Assembly: GCF_044704955.1 (NCBI RefSeq)
Contig: NC_091992.1
Span: forward strand, 14,198,001-14,262,000
Direction of reading: 5' to 3'
From: Pristiophorus japonicus
Taxonomy: Eukaryota
Length of the DNA stretch: 64,000 nucleotides
Shown here: positions 48,652-61,752 of the stretch, one piece after another
Numbering within the stretch: position 1 is the first letter of the stretch
Layout: every line of letters begins with the position of its first letter
Program-made: the position numbers and the translations under genes
The notes under the pieces: generated by a model
The model's input: only the letters and a program-made list of their open reading frames with translations
Told to the model about the DNA's origin: nothing
Database searches by the model: none

Positions 48652-49186
48652 CTACGTCACGGCAGGCGAACCCCAGGAGGGCAAAGAAAACGTTTCAAGG
48701 ACACCCTCAAAGCCACCTTGAAAAAATGCAACATTCCCACTGACTCTTGGGAATTCCTGGCCCAAGACCGCTGAAAGTGGAGGAAGAGCATCCGAGAAGG
48801 CACCGAACACCTCGAGTCACTTCACCGGGAACAAGCGGAAGCCAAGCACAAAAAGCAGAAGGAGCGCACGACAAACCAAGCACCCTACCACCCGTCCCTT
48901 CAACCGCCGTCTGCCCCACCTGTGACAGAGTCTATAGATCCCCCATAGGACTCATTAGTCACCTTAGAACCCATTTTAGTGTGTAAACAAATCATCCTCG
49001 ACTCTGGGGGACTGCCTAAAAAGATCATGTGTAATGTTTTTCTCTTCCCCCCCCCCCCCAACCCCCCAGACAATACCAGCCAACTTCAGCTTATCACATT
49101 TCAAAAGTATATTATTTAAAAAAGCGATTAAAATTAGTCATTATAGTATAGCAGTTTAAAGAGAAAAAAATGCATACATTGAACCT

Positions 49187-49286
49187 AATTCCTCACTAAA
49201 TTTATGGACGGTCCCTAACTATTTCTCACTAAATTTATGGACGGTCCCTAATTATTCCTCACTAAAGTTATGGACGGTCCCTAACT
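49187..49286 (+). repeat. 33-bp tandem repeat, 3 copies
   Basis: ctcactaaatttatggacggtccctaa at 49192, 49225 and 49258. Confidence 0.92.
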
Positions 49287-49289
49287 GGC

Positions 49290-49780
49290 GGCTTGTCCGC
49301 AAGGAATGGCTTGCGCATGCGTAGTACGATGTAATGGGCGGGAGCGGACGAGGGAGGAACCACGCGCGTGCGCAGTCAGTTGGTTGGGCCGTTGGCGGCT
49401 CGCGGCCGGGCTGAAGTCACTTCCGGCGAGGCGGCTGGCTGGCTGGCTTGTCGCTCGCTGGGGCTCGAGCAGGAAGGAGCGAGAGAGGTGAGGGGGCGCC
49501 TGGTGCGCGCGCGGGCCGTCGGCACGGCAACCGCGGCCGGTATAGGGGCTGCTTCAAGATGTGGATATTTTCGCCGGGGGGGGGGAAAGAAGAGGGGGTG
49601 GAAATAAGGTCCTTTGGCATCCTCACTTGAGGGGCCGTCGTTGTAGTCGGAGCGAAGCTAGCAAATGGAGAGTGAGCGATGGGGCGGGCTGGCCAGAGAC
49701 GGGGGGAAGGCAAGCGGGGGGCGGGCTGGCCAGAGACGGGGGGAAGCAAGCGGGGGCCGGGCCGTGCGGTGCACCCCGTG
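49290..49780 (+). promoter_or_regulatory. TNFAIP1 CpG-island promoter and probable non-coding exon 1 (donor after 49487)
   Basis: NRF1-like tgcgcatgcgt at 49312, ETS cacttccgg at 49418, gag|gtgagg donor, X-box-like gtcggcacggcaac at 49518, and a 37-bp direct repeat at 49681-49756. Confidence 0.7.
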
Positions 49781-49915
49781 TCTTTTTCCTCGATTGAAGC
49801 GAGTTTTAAAAATTCTCCCATTCCACTCCAGTGGCAGCTGGAAGAAATTGCTGTCGTTGGTGGAGCGCCCTCATGCCCCTAAACAGCCAGCTGTAATTGA
49901 ATTGCTGGAACCGGG

Positions 49916-50392
49916 AAAGAGAGAAAGACTTGCATTTATATGGTGTCTTTTTGACCTCGGGATGTCCCAAAGCGCTTTACAGCCAATGAAGTACTTTTGA
50001 AGTGTAGCCACTGTTGTAATGTGGGAAACGCAGCAGCCAATTTGCGCACAGCAAGCTCCCACAAACAGCAATGTGATAATGCTCCCACAAACAGCAATGT
50101 GATAATGCTGTTTTTGTGATGTTGATTGAGGGGATACATATTGGGCAAGACGGGATAACTCCCATGCTCTCCTGCGAAATAGCACCACGGGATCTTTTAC
50201 ATCTGCCTGAGAGAGCAGAGGGGCCTCGGTTTAATGTCTCATCCAAAAGAGGACACCTCCGACGATGCAGCACTCCCTCAGCACTGCACTTGAGCGTCAG
50301 CCTAGATTTCTGTGCTCGAGTCACTGGAGTGGGATGAATCCACAGCCTTCTGACTCAGGCGAGGGAGCTACCCACTGAGCCACAGCTGACAC
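49916..50392 (-). mobile_element. Deu-domain SINE, full length, with an internal 26-bp duplication (50055-50106)
   Basis: Complete tRNA head through tail. Confidence 0.88.
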
Positions 50393-52254
50393 AAAGCATT
50401 AATATGCTTTTGTTCCTTCTATGAAGCAATTGGTGATTTCCTAACCAGTACAGCACAGATTCCCACATCAGCTGAATTTCCCATGATTTTGGATTTACTG
50501 CTATCAGCAATGGGCTTGATGGTTACTGTTGACAAAGGACAATTCTAGAAGAGTAACAATGTAGGATGAAACTGGATATTCTCAAGGCTGGGTCAGATTC
50601 GGCAACCAGACCAAATTGGAATTGAATCAACCCACCTATTCCTCCTCAACAAAGTACCTGAAAGAGGCCAGTCCACAAACTGAGGGCATGTTTCTGAAAA
50701 TTTGCAGCCCTTGCACTTTGTCTTCCCACATTAGCCCTTTCAAATAATGCTGAGGTTTAAATGTCTCCCTAGATCGGCAGGAATTTTATATAGATTTTTT
50801 TTTTGCTCTCCTCAGGGCATTAAAACATTGCCACAGCCTATCTAGAAGTTGTCTATAGTCTCCAAGAATATAAGAACTTGGCTGTAATTGTGGGCTACTT
50901 TTCAGCTGATCCAAAGCAAGTTCAGGTGCAAGTTTGATGCAAAAGTAGCAGCATAACTCAGTTTGTTATATGAAGTGCAGTGGTGTGACATCTCATCCAG
51001 GAGACTGTCTCGCACTAATGGATCTTTTTTGGCACTAGCTGGAGACTAATTCCAGTCTGATGCTAAGCCAGGTTCAAAAAGTGCTCCGATCCATTAGCTT
51101 GGACTTTTTGTTTTTGTCTAACGATTCCGATGACCTTGGTTTTCTCTAAAATGTGTGTTGAATTTTTTCAGTGTAATGAGAATACAACTCTGGTTTGCAA
51201 CAGGAGTGATACAGTACACTCGTTCTTCTCTAAAGCAAGTATGTAAACCTCCTGATCTAAATTAGCTGTAAAAAAAAAAAGATTGTTAATCTGAATACAA
51301 TAGTGCATGTTTGGGTTGGGTAATTACCAAATGGTGAGATGGCTAACAGCTGGGGTGAAAAACTTGGCATTTCTTTTGTTTTGGTTGCTCTATTCCTACC
51401 CAGTACAGCACTGATTCCCACATCAGCTGACAGTCCCATGATTTTGGATCTACCGCTATCAGCAATGGGCTTGATAGCTACTGTTGACACATTTTATGAT
51501 TCTGTGTTGCTCTGATATTAGTCCTTTAGATAGCTGTGTCATAAAAATAACATGCTGCTGAGATTGATCAGCCAGTGATGGAATGTATATCTGCAATGAT
51601 CTTTTTTTATACTCCTTTTTATTATTCTGGGATTGTACTGACATAGAATGGTTACAACACGGACGGATTCCATTTGGCTTATCGTGCCTGTGCCGACTCG
51701 TCCCCTTCCCCTGCTCTGTCAGTTTTTTCTTTCAATGCATTGTGATACTTTTGGTTCCTTCTATAAAAGCAATTGGTGATTTCACTGCTGCTGACCCACA
51801 AGCTGGTTTCTCAAGTACTAATGCAAGTGGTGGTAGTGACATGCAAATGTTAGAATAGTACAGCACAGGAGGAGGCCATTCGACTCATCAAGTCTGCTGG
51901 CTCGTTCGAAGAGCAATTAAGTGCTTAAGTTCTCAAGTTTTGGACTGAAGTTTAGGAATCCTTATAACTCTTACCTATGTTAAGATGATAGGTTTGGAGG
52001 TCTTCAGAATGTTAATTCTACTGTAAAATGCACAACTCATTTAGTGGGTGGATTGATATTTTAAGGCATGAGGGAATAATATTTTGGAGAAGGCATGAGC
52101 CAAGAATGTAAAATATTTTCTCTCGTGTTTTTGATCTCAACTTGCTTACTACCCTCTGCATAATCAACATAATGAGGCTTAACATGGCAGTCGGGTGTGT
52201 TGCTTTCTATTTACTCTTGCATGATTCATTCCTAGTGTGTATATTATAAACTCT

Positions 52255-52880
52255 CATTCATATAGTGCCTTTAACGTAGAGACACGTCCCAAGGTGCTTC
52301 ACAAATGCATAGACAGACAAGAATTAACACCTAGCCCATAAGGGATATGTTGGGCGTGATGACCAAACGCTTTGGTCAAAGAGGTGGGTTTTAAGAAAAA
52401 GAAGTAGGTGGCTTTGGGAACTTGGGGATTAGTTGACTGCAAGCACAGCCTCCAATGGTACGGGTCAGGGTGAAAAAAAGACTTGCATTTATAGTGTCTT
52501 TCATGACCACCAGACATCCCAAACCATTTTACAGCCAATGAACTACTTTTGAAGTGTAGTCACTGTTATAATGTGGGAAACATGGCAGCCAATTTGTGCA
52601 CAGCAAGCTCCCGCAAACAGCAATGTGATAATGACCAAATAATCTGTTTTTGGTATGTTGATTGAGGGATAAATATTGGCGAGGACACTGGGGCTATCTC
52701 CCCTGCTTTTTGAAATAGTGCCGTGGGATCTTTTACACCCACCCGAGGGAGCAGACGGGGTCCTCGGTTTAACATCTTGTCCGAAAGACAGCACCTCCGA
52801 CAGTGCACAAGAGGCAGAATTAGAGAAATGATGGGTTGGGATGTGGCGGGGGTTTGTAGGGCTGGTGGATGTTGGAGGTC
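52255..52880 (-). mobile_element. L2 3' fragment interrupted by a Deu-SINE (52476-52806)
   Basis: gaccaaacgctttggtcaaagaggtgggttttaag (L2) and Deu core. Confidence 0.7.
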
Positions 52881-53934
52881 GGGAGCGGCAAAACTATGAA
52901 TTCAGTGTCAATCATGCACTTTTCTGATGAATTTTTTTTAAGACTGAATGACCATTAAGTGTCATAATGCTGGAGGAGCTTGCTGCCTAAGGCTCCCCTG
53001 ATCATAGTGATTGCATTTAAAACCAAATAGATAATCTAAACTAAGACACTTTTTAACAATATTTTCTGTCCTGAAGGTTCCCAGTATCAGTGCGACTTGT
53101 CTGCGTTTTCATCCAATGTTACATTATATATTAAAAGTTAACGAGTCACTTTGTTTCTGCCAATCACTGTTAATGGGGCCTTATTCTGTTCGTTTGAAAG
53201 GTGGAGGTAGTGCAGGATCCGTTTCCTTCCGATTTACAGAGCTGAGCAAAGAGTTTCAATATTTTACTGGGTGATTGCGCGAGTGAAAAGTGTGTTACTT
53301 TGTGTGAAGGAGCAGGTGCAGAGGTTTAAACCATGTTTATATTTGGTATTGTATGAAGGTTAGATCAACGAAAGGTATCTTTTTCTGACACATAAATATT
53401 TTAAATCCACTCATCTACTTCTATCTTTATCGGGCTTCTGATGTGTGGGTTGGGTGTGTGTAATTGAGCATTAATTTTTCAGGAGTGCATGAGGGAGACA
53501 TCAGTGTGATTAAATATATTTGTTTCAACCTTGGGAAACCTTGTTGAGCTGTCGGTCTAACTCACCCATTCATTTAATAAATACAGGAGGTCAGAACTCA
53601 TTATGTTGTATGAGAAGTTTACAAAAAAGTTCTTTTGTTTCTCTTTTTTCCCCCCCTCCTCTTGCGTCTTGCTAGGATTTTTTCCCACAAGCAGTAAGGA
53701 GCCCTCTGATATCCTTGTACAGATGGCCATTCTTCATGCAAATATACACATTGTCAGACTACTTGACTGTGGAGAACATCACTGACAAGTCCAAACCTGT
53801 CCTTGCCCTAAGAGGTCAGTCAATAGCAAGTAGAACTAAAAATCCTGCTTGCTTGTTCCATGGCCCAAAGGTGCTAAGACCACCTGTAGCACTACGGCTG
53901 ATTTACCACCAAGATTGCAATCATTAAAAAGAAC

Positions 53935-54372
53935 AAACAGCTTGCATTTATATAGTGCTTATCACAACATCTGGACATCCAAAAGCACTTTACTGGCAAT
54001 GTAGTCCATTTTAAGTGTAGCCACTTTTGTAATGTAGGAAATGCGGCAGCCAGTTTGTACACAGCAAAGTCCCACAAACAGCAATGTGATAATGACCAGA
54101 TAGTCTGTTTGTGATGTACATAAAGAGATGAATATTGGCCAGGAAACCCAAAGATACTCTTCGAATTGCACCATGGAATCTTTTACATCCACAGACAGGG
54201 CCTCAGTTTAACGGTTCATTTGAAAGACGGTACCTCCGACAGTGCAACACTCCCTCAGTACTTCACTGGGAGTGTCAGTGGAGATGATGTGCTCAAGTAT
54301 CTGGAGAGGAACTTGAACCTGCAACCTTCTGACTCAGAGGCTAGAGTGTTGCTACTAAGCCATGGCTGACAT
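53935..54372 (-). mobile_element. Deu-domain SINE, older copy
   Basis: Colinear with 49916-50392. Confidence 0.8.
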
Positions 54373-55950
54373 CAGCTCTGTGCTGGCAGCTTGCATATCC
54401 ATCATCAAGTTATAGCTGTGAAAACTTTGTCCAAATCGGGAAGATTGTTTTGGCCTCCAGCCAAACTCTGCTTTCTTGCCATTTACTCCAACAGCCTCAA
54501 ACTGAATCAGAATTTGAAATCCACAACCTTATCTTCAAGCTCTTTAAAATCTTTCCATGGCTTTGCCCCATCTCATCTCTCTGCAATAGCCTTCAACCTT
54601 GTATCCTTTTGGACATTTTGCTACTCAGACTCTGCTTTTTGTACATTTCCCTGCCCCGCCCCCAAGGCTGCCTTGGCTCTACCCTGGAATTCCCATCATG
54701 AATCCTTCTCCCTCTCCACCTTACTACAACTGCAAAAACTTCTCAAAACCCAACTTTTTAACCAAACTCTCTACTATACTCGCACACCATTTGTTCCTTT
54801 AGGTGCTAGGTTTTAAGTGGGTTCACTGGAGGGGGAGGTAAAAGCCAGTCCTACTGCTATATGCTAATGACACACATTTGCAATAATATAGGGCCACTCT
54901 TTGGGTCGCTGGCCCTGTCGCAGCGGGAGACCTCTGGGAATATTTGCAGGGGCCTCAACACCGAAAAACTCGAAACACACTGACTTTTTTGGGGGGGTCA
55001 ATTTTTGCCTGATTACGCCCTGTGTAATGCCTCGCAATGTTTCCCTATGTTAAAGACTCTTATAAATGCAAGTTGTTTGATCCCATGACATGGTTTCTGG
55101 GTGACCTGCACTTGTATCGTATGATATAATCTGCAATAGTCGTCAGATATCATTCAGTAAAGGTCAACCGATTGCCATGAACAAATTGATTATGGCATGC
55201 TTTCAATTGTCACCAGCAACTTTAATTTGAAACTCAAACTACCATCTCATCATGGTATCAGTCAAATGTAAAAATTGTCAATTTGTTTGAATTCTGAAAC
55301 TTGATTTCTGAAATGATCCACTCTTTCTGTATGCCCATTGGCACTGAATTGCTGTACACCCTGTGTCTTTACTTCGAAGCAGTTAACTTCCCGTGTACAG
55401 GAGAACTATCACTTAATTATTGAATATGTCTTCATATTACTGTTTTCTTACAAGTGTGAAAAAGTGAACAGAAGTTAAAACTCCAGATTAGATATTGAAG
55501 AACAAAGAATTCTAGCCTAGGAAATCTGAAAGACCTGGCAGGAAACAGGATTGAGGGAATGGACAGATGGTGTTTTGTAGTGGTCACAAGTGGACTCAGT
55601 TACCCACTGCCTTCCTTTGTGCTTTACACTTTGGTTAGAATTGTGGATGTCTCATAAGTACATTCACAAGACTTGGAAGTTCCATAATGCTCACGTCTGG
55701 AGAAGATAAAATGGTAGTTTAGATATCCTGTGATGTATTGCACTTTCAAATTGGGTGCAAAGTGCTGTTTGTTTCTAGTGTTTTTGATGGTTAACATGAA
55801 GATTTTCTTTGTTTGTAGTGGTGCAGAGGTTATGAACACTTATGAACGTGACCAGACCTTGACGCGTTTTTGTCCGGCTTGCACACACCAACCACGGCGG
55901 GACAGATTAAGCCAACTGTGTGCAGAGTCACTATTTATCTGCAGAGAGAT

Positions 55951-56164
55951 ATGTCTGGGGACACCTGCTTAATGTCACTGTACCCACCTTCTGGAGCCAA
56001 ACCCAAGGCCATCGGCTTTAAAGGAGGAAGCATGGGGAACAAATACATCCGGTTAAATGTTGGCGGCTCGCTGTACTACACCACCGTCCAGATTTTAACC
56101 AGGCACGATACTATGTTAAAGGCAATGTTTAGTGGAAGAATGGAAGTGCTCACTGATAAAGAAG
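55951..56164 (+). CDS. TNFAIP1: TNFAIP1 (BACURD2, BTB/POZ Cul3 adaptor) first coding exon; the exon probably starts at 55819
   Basis: [50 protein letters not shown]; donor gtgaat. The MSGDTCL start and adjacency to IFT20 distinguish it from KCTD10/KCTD13. Confidence 0.95.
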
Positions 56165-57791
56165 GTGAATATAATTTAACCAGTTGTACCAGAAGTGACC
56201 AAGACAGTTACTTTAGTTTTTGAAATGTACAACCCAAAAGATGTGACAGCAAGTAGTGTTGAACATTAATGTACTAAAATATGGGAATGTGGTAGAATGT
56301 GACTTTTCCCACCCTGCACCCCCAGCATTTGCCACTGTTTCCAATCTGCCAGATCACTGGAGAGAAATTATAAATGATGCCTGGTGCGTAATGTGTTGCA
56401 AACAAAAGTTCTTTAGAAATAATTGATGTAGGTGATGGGTACTAGTATGGTCACTTGACACCAGTAATATGAATTTTGACTGCCGCTTTTGTTGTGGGAA
56501 TTCAGCATATGCTATAAAGTAAAGCTGCAGGGCTCTAAATTTAATTGTAAAAGGACTTTGCAAACCAAATTGAATAGTGTAACCTGCAATTATTTTTAAT
56601 TACTGAAATGTAATATTGTATTGGTTTATTTTTAGAACTATATCACACTTGGGTGTGATAAAGATCATGTCTTGATCCCAGTAAACACAGGACAGCTTTA
56701 AAGATAAATGCAGTGAATTTTACATGTCTGTGTTTTAGTAATTACAGGGATTAGCAGGTTGCATTTTTCAAATTTGCACCATGCTGCTTTAATGGGATAA
56801 TTTTGCCTGAGATTGTTTGTCTCCGAAAAATTACTTACTGACCTGTAAGCCCATGTAAGCCCACCAGTTCTAGTGTTGCACTCTCCTGGTTGTTATTTGC
56901 AGTCTGCCTTGCACCGAGGAATAGAATTTGCAGAGCATGGGAACAAAACAAGGCTATTTTGTTAAATTCAGAAATCTAGGTGAAGGGCCAAGGCCCATAG
57001 ACTAGAACACCACCAAGGTTGGAGAGACGATAAACCAAGTAGTATTTAGCTGCTATCAAGCTTGGGTGTTAAAAGCTTGGAGATTCTTGGAGGAAGGGAA
57101 GACTATGAGGGAGGTTTACAAATTTCCAGCCTTGAGGTGCTGGGAAAGATTAGAGTAGGAAACAGTTTTCTCCATCCAATTTTGGGACCTAATCTTTTTT
57201 CTACAAGAACCCATTCCAATATTGTTTTGAAAGTTTATTTTTAAATGATGCCACACTGCAGCAGTCAAGTGATGCAGCATGTTTATTTATCTGGTGCAGG
57301 GAGGGGGCTCTGTTCATAAATTATTGACTCGAGCATATGAAGTCATTAAAAATCTCTGGTTTCTTTGGATTATGATCCTACTGTCTGATCCACAAAGCAA
57401 CGCTCTGACTACATTATCAGATCCTTTCATTTTAAAAACTCAGATCTTGCATCCAATCTTATTTAATACCAGCTATTCATCACCATGTTAACTAGTTAGC
57501 AAAATTCCCGTTGGCTTCATGAAGCAACGGTAACTTTGAGCTATTCAAATGTCTTTTAAAAAGATGTCTATTTGTACTGCCAAAATGGCTGCCTTCTCTC
57601 TGGCTCTCCAATATCACTTGACCTATTGCTGATTGGTCTCCTTGGAGGATAAGCCACATCCTCAAGTTCCTCTGGAATGTGTAACTGGAACCGCCCAACC
57701 CAAGTTCTGACTGACTTTGCAATTTGTAATTCGATCCATTTTGACTTCAGAAGCCGCAGAGGATAGATCTCCCCAAAAGCCACCAAGTTCC

Positions 57792-57946
57792 AGCTAAAGT
57801 CCCTTACCCTAGCACAAGTGCTACCTCCATCAGTTGAAGTCCTTCACCCCAGCACGTGCTGCTTCCCCCAGCCGAAGTCCCTTACCCCAGCATAAGTGCA
57901 TCCCTCCCCCAGCCAAAATCCCAATCATTTACCTAAGCACAAGTGC
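57792..57946 (+). repeat. Degenerate ~40-bp tandem repeat (about 4 copies) followed by a C-rich low-complexity tract
   Basis: aagtcccttacc..agcacaagtgc recurs. Confidence 0.7.
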
Positions 57947-59449
57947 ATGCTCTTACAACCCTCCACCCACCCCAATCCCAGGTTCTCTTTCTCCTCCCTC
58001 CCGCCCCCCCCCCCCCCCAAAGGCTCTTTCTCTTCTCCTCCCACTCCCCTCCCCCCCCCCCGCCCCCAGGTTTTGTCTTCTCTTCTCCCCCGCCCCCCTC
58101 TCCCATGGAGGCTCAGGGCCCGATCGGTGGCTTGCAGCTCAGCTCTCTCCCTCCCCGCCACTTCTCTCCCCGCCCCCTGCAGTATGTGGTCAGACTGATT
58201 GCGGGGCCCCACTTGGGGTTGCGGGCGGGAGGCGTCGGGGGCGGAGTCTCAAGGGGACAGGGACGCAGAAGGACAGAAAAAGGACAGTGCAAATAGTCAG
58301 TCCCCTTTTAAAAACAAGGTTTGTAATACGGAGTGACTCCTGCCAATGAACCGGAAGCTGTGCAGAAGCATTCTGCGCATATAACCGTTGGGTTCCAAAT
58401 TTAAAAAATAATGTTCACAACAGGAGGATATGAGAAGTATAATGAAGCACATCACAAATAAAGTTTCATTAATGTTACTAGGTTGGGTTAATGTTACTAG
58501 GTTGCATTAATGTTACTGGTGATTTTTCCAGCTTAAGAACTGCTGTCTTGAAGAACAAACAACAACTTAAAAAAAAAAACTCAGTTCGAATTTGGTTTAA
58601 AATTAACGGTTCTAACAAAATTCTCGAAGTCCGTGACAACAAACAAAAAACCCACTGGACCTGCACATGGGCAGCTACTTTTGGTTCGTTGACAGCAGTC
58701 ACGTCCAATATTCAATGTTACAAAAGATATCCTAATAATTGTCTACATTTCACAATTTAGTTATCACCGTGGTAGAATATCTAATCACCTGACCCAGCCC
58801 ATCACTTCCAATTCCATGGTCTGGTAGAAAAGCCCACTTCAGATAATGAAGGGGCACTAAGCATGTTGATGATACATCACTCACTACCGTGATCACTGAG
58901 CTAGAAATTTAAATGGCATTGGATTTTTTTGACATGGCAACTAAATTGCTAGAGCAAGGTAACCTAACAGGTACAATCTACTTGAATTTTCAGATAGTAT
59001 TCAATAGTTACATATGGACTGCTTACAGGGATTAAATTTATGGACTTGGAGGTAAATTAGATAACGAGATTGAAAACAAGGTCATCAATGGAAGAGCTCT
59101 GTCTGTCCGAGGGGAGGAGGAAGGGAGACAGACAGTGACTAATAAAGTTCCAGAAGGATTTATTGGTTGTCTATGATTCACACAATCAGCAAACAATACT
59201 ATAGTGTTATAAGATTTGATGAAGACAACAAGCTTTCTGACCGGGTCATTGCTGGCACTCTTAGGAAGCTGAACCAATTAAGATGGACAAATGGGTTTTA
59301 ATGTGGATAAATGTATTATTTTGCACATTGGAATGGGAAATGTATGCAAAGAGAAGGATGCCCTTTCGCAAAAGTGGAAACGAATTTGGGCACGATGATT
59401 AACTTCACTGAAAAACCCAGTCAATGTGTTTTTATCAAATTGGCAGAAT

Positions 59450-59810
59450 TTGTGTTGGTTTGCATCTCATGGACATGCAGTGACTACTGTGTATTCAAAT
59501 GCTGCAGCCATTTTCTGACCATCAATGAGATGAATAACCTGTTAATCATTTTTTGATGTTGGTTGAGGGAGGAATGTTGGCTATGGTATGGGAGAATTAT
59601 TTGCTTTTCTCTGAATAGTTTGAGGATCTTTTGATGTCCACCAAAACCTCTGTTCAGTGGCTAATCCCAATGAGGACATTTCCAGTCTTGGAGCGCTTAC
59701 TCAGTGCTTCACTGGAGTGTTGGCCTCGGTTATGTCCTGAAATTCTGGAGTGGAGTTTAAACGACAACCCTCAGAATTGAGAGTACGGCCAACTGAGCCA
59801 GGTTGACACA
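59450..59810 (-). mobile_element. Highly diverged Deu-SINE within old CR1 debris (~58860-60060)
   Basis: actgagccaggttgacac head; ctggagtgg..aaacgacaacc. Confidence 0.5.
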
Positions 59811-60187
59811 GGGATAGAAGAATAAGTACAGATCATTAAATGATGGGACCATAGAAATGTCTTGTCACTAACGAAAGATGAATAATGTAGTACGTAAGCG
59901 TAGATATGCTGAAGGTTTGTTCAAATTGCAGTTGAGGAGTAGGATGAAACTTGAGAGCCTTTCCTCCAGCAATTAAAATGGGGTTAATAGTGTGACCCCA
60001 AGCAGATTGTACATGGATGGGTTTGATGGCCTTTTTACCCACAATATCCTCTGTTCTCGTCATTTAAGGGGTGTGATACAGAAGGTCCTTATTTTACCTT
60101 TTGTAAAGAATTAGCATCTGGTTGTAAAATACCCTTGCCTTGAATTACACCCCTCTACTGTGGAATATTTGGTATTTTTCCAAACAG

Positions 60188-60357
60188 GTTGGATTCTTAT
60201 TGACCGTTGTGGGAAACATTTTGGCACTGTTTTGAACTACTTGCGGGACGATTCGATTATCCTGCCAAAGAGTAGGCGGGAAATAAAGGAACTGTTGGCA
60301 GAGGCTAAATATTACCTCATTCAGGGCCTAGTGGACGTCTGTCAGACAGCTTTGCAG
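60188..60357 (+). CDS. TNFAIP1: TNFAIP1 coding exon 2 (170 nt)
   Basis: [41 protein letters not shown]; caaacag / gtaact. Confidence 0.96.
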
Positions 60358-61550
60358 GTAACTTGCAGCAGGTGCTGCCTTTCTGTTAGCGCTATGAAAT
60401 AGTTTTTTTCTAAATGTAAAAGTGTGTGCCATTTTGGTTGTGGAAAAAAGCTAAAATGTGTTATAAAAAATTTCTCTATTGGTAAACATCTGGCACAAAA
60501 ACTTCACCAATTTTCCCCTCTGGTATCAGCACAAGCACCAAATCCCAGATAAAAGTTGCATTATGAATAGGTGCAAGGCGAAACTCTATAATGATGGACC
60601 ATGCCCTCAAATTCATAGGAGTATGTTTGCTACGTCAGTGGGAATTTTTCTGCTCCACACACCCGCCATCCTGAAACCTCCTCGAAAGAAATCGCTAATT
60701 TAGTGATGGGAACTGGGTTAACAGTGGCTGCACTCAGTTCTCTGAGGATCTCTAGAGCTGATGGAGGCTTTTGCACCAGCAGCCTAGGCAGCCCACAAGC
60801 AAAAAACCAAATGTTAACTCATTGTGAGATCCAGTCATCTTGTTTTAAGATAGTGCAGTGATCTTCAAAAGAAATTGCTGTTTATATTTTTGTTGTTCAG
60901 GGGATAAAGAATGCAAAATGAAGAATGAATTAATTGTACTGGGGAAGCTGAACAAAACTAAAAAATACTTATTTTGTATTTAACCCATTTTTAAAATTGA
61001 GAAACTTTAGTGCAGGGGTAAAATCCATAGTGCAGGACACAACCGAGGTTAGAAAAAGCAACAGTAAAGAGGAGGTGAGTCAGCAAGCAGTGATTCAGTG
61101 ACAGCATGCTTGGGTTTTACAAGCCTGTAGATTGCAGCACAAACTGAATACTGTTGGGAGTTTTAAAAGTTGGCCATAAACTTTCACTGGAAACTAGGAA
61201 AAAGGTAACATTTGCTGAAAAATATCAAGTAACATAATTACAATTATTTTTTTGTGATGGTTGCAGAACCAGAGAGTTGATGAAAATGCAGCTGGCATAC
61301 CCTGCTGGTAGTAAAACACTGGTACACTGCACATGACCCAGGAATAACACAACAATTCCCTTCACTGTCTCCATTGTGCAGCAGGAATATTTTCCACATT
61401 TACAGTACTCGGCACAAGTTGAGTTGTGATCACCATAGCAACCGCATGCCGTTCTCCTTAGCTGTTTCTAAAATACTGTTAAGAAAAGTTGAGTGTTTGT
61501 TTCCATTCATTGGTGACTTTTTTTCACCTCAATTTAATTTTTTTCTTTAG

Positions 61551-61640
61551 GAAAAGAATGAATGCTGTGAAGTTGCGTGCACAATCCCCATGATCACCTC
61601 TCCTAAGGAGGAAGAACGACTAATTGAAACATGTGCTAAG
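61551..61640 (+). CDS. TNFAIP1: TNFAIP1 coding exon 3 (90 nt)
   Basis: EKNECCEVACTIPMITSPKEEERLIETCAK; tttctttag / gtcacg. Confidence 0.92.
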
Positions 61641-61752
61641 GTCACGAGACTCTTGTGTGTCTTTTTTTTAATGGAAGAACTTTACTTAGACTTTCTGCTC
61701 CATTCTCCATACTCTTACTAAAAGCTAACTGCCTTTTATTCTTTGCAAACAG

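Larger units (their letters stand above)
46201..49024 (+). mobile_element. Older RTE LINE (46201-46821 + 48338-49024), split by nested insertions
   Basis: KGCVIASMFFSIF..LQYTDG..GLTLNISKTKVL, resuming as YSRHLKALEKYHQ..CPTCDR after the duplicated tgtaca. Confidence 0.85.
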
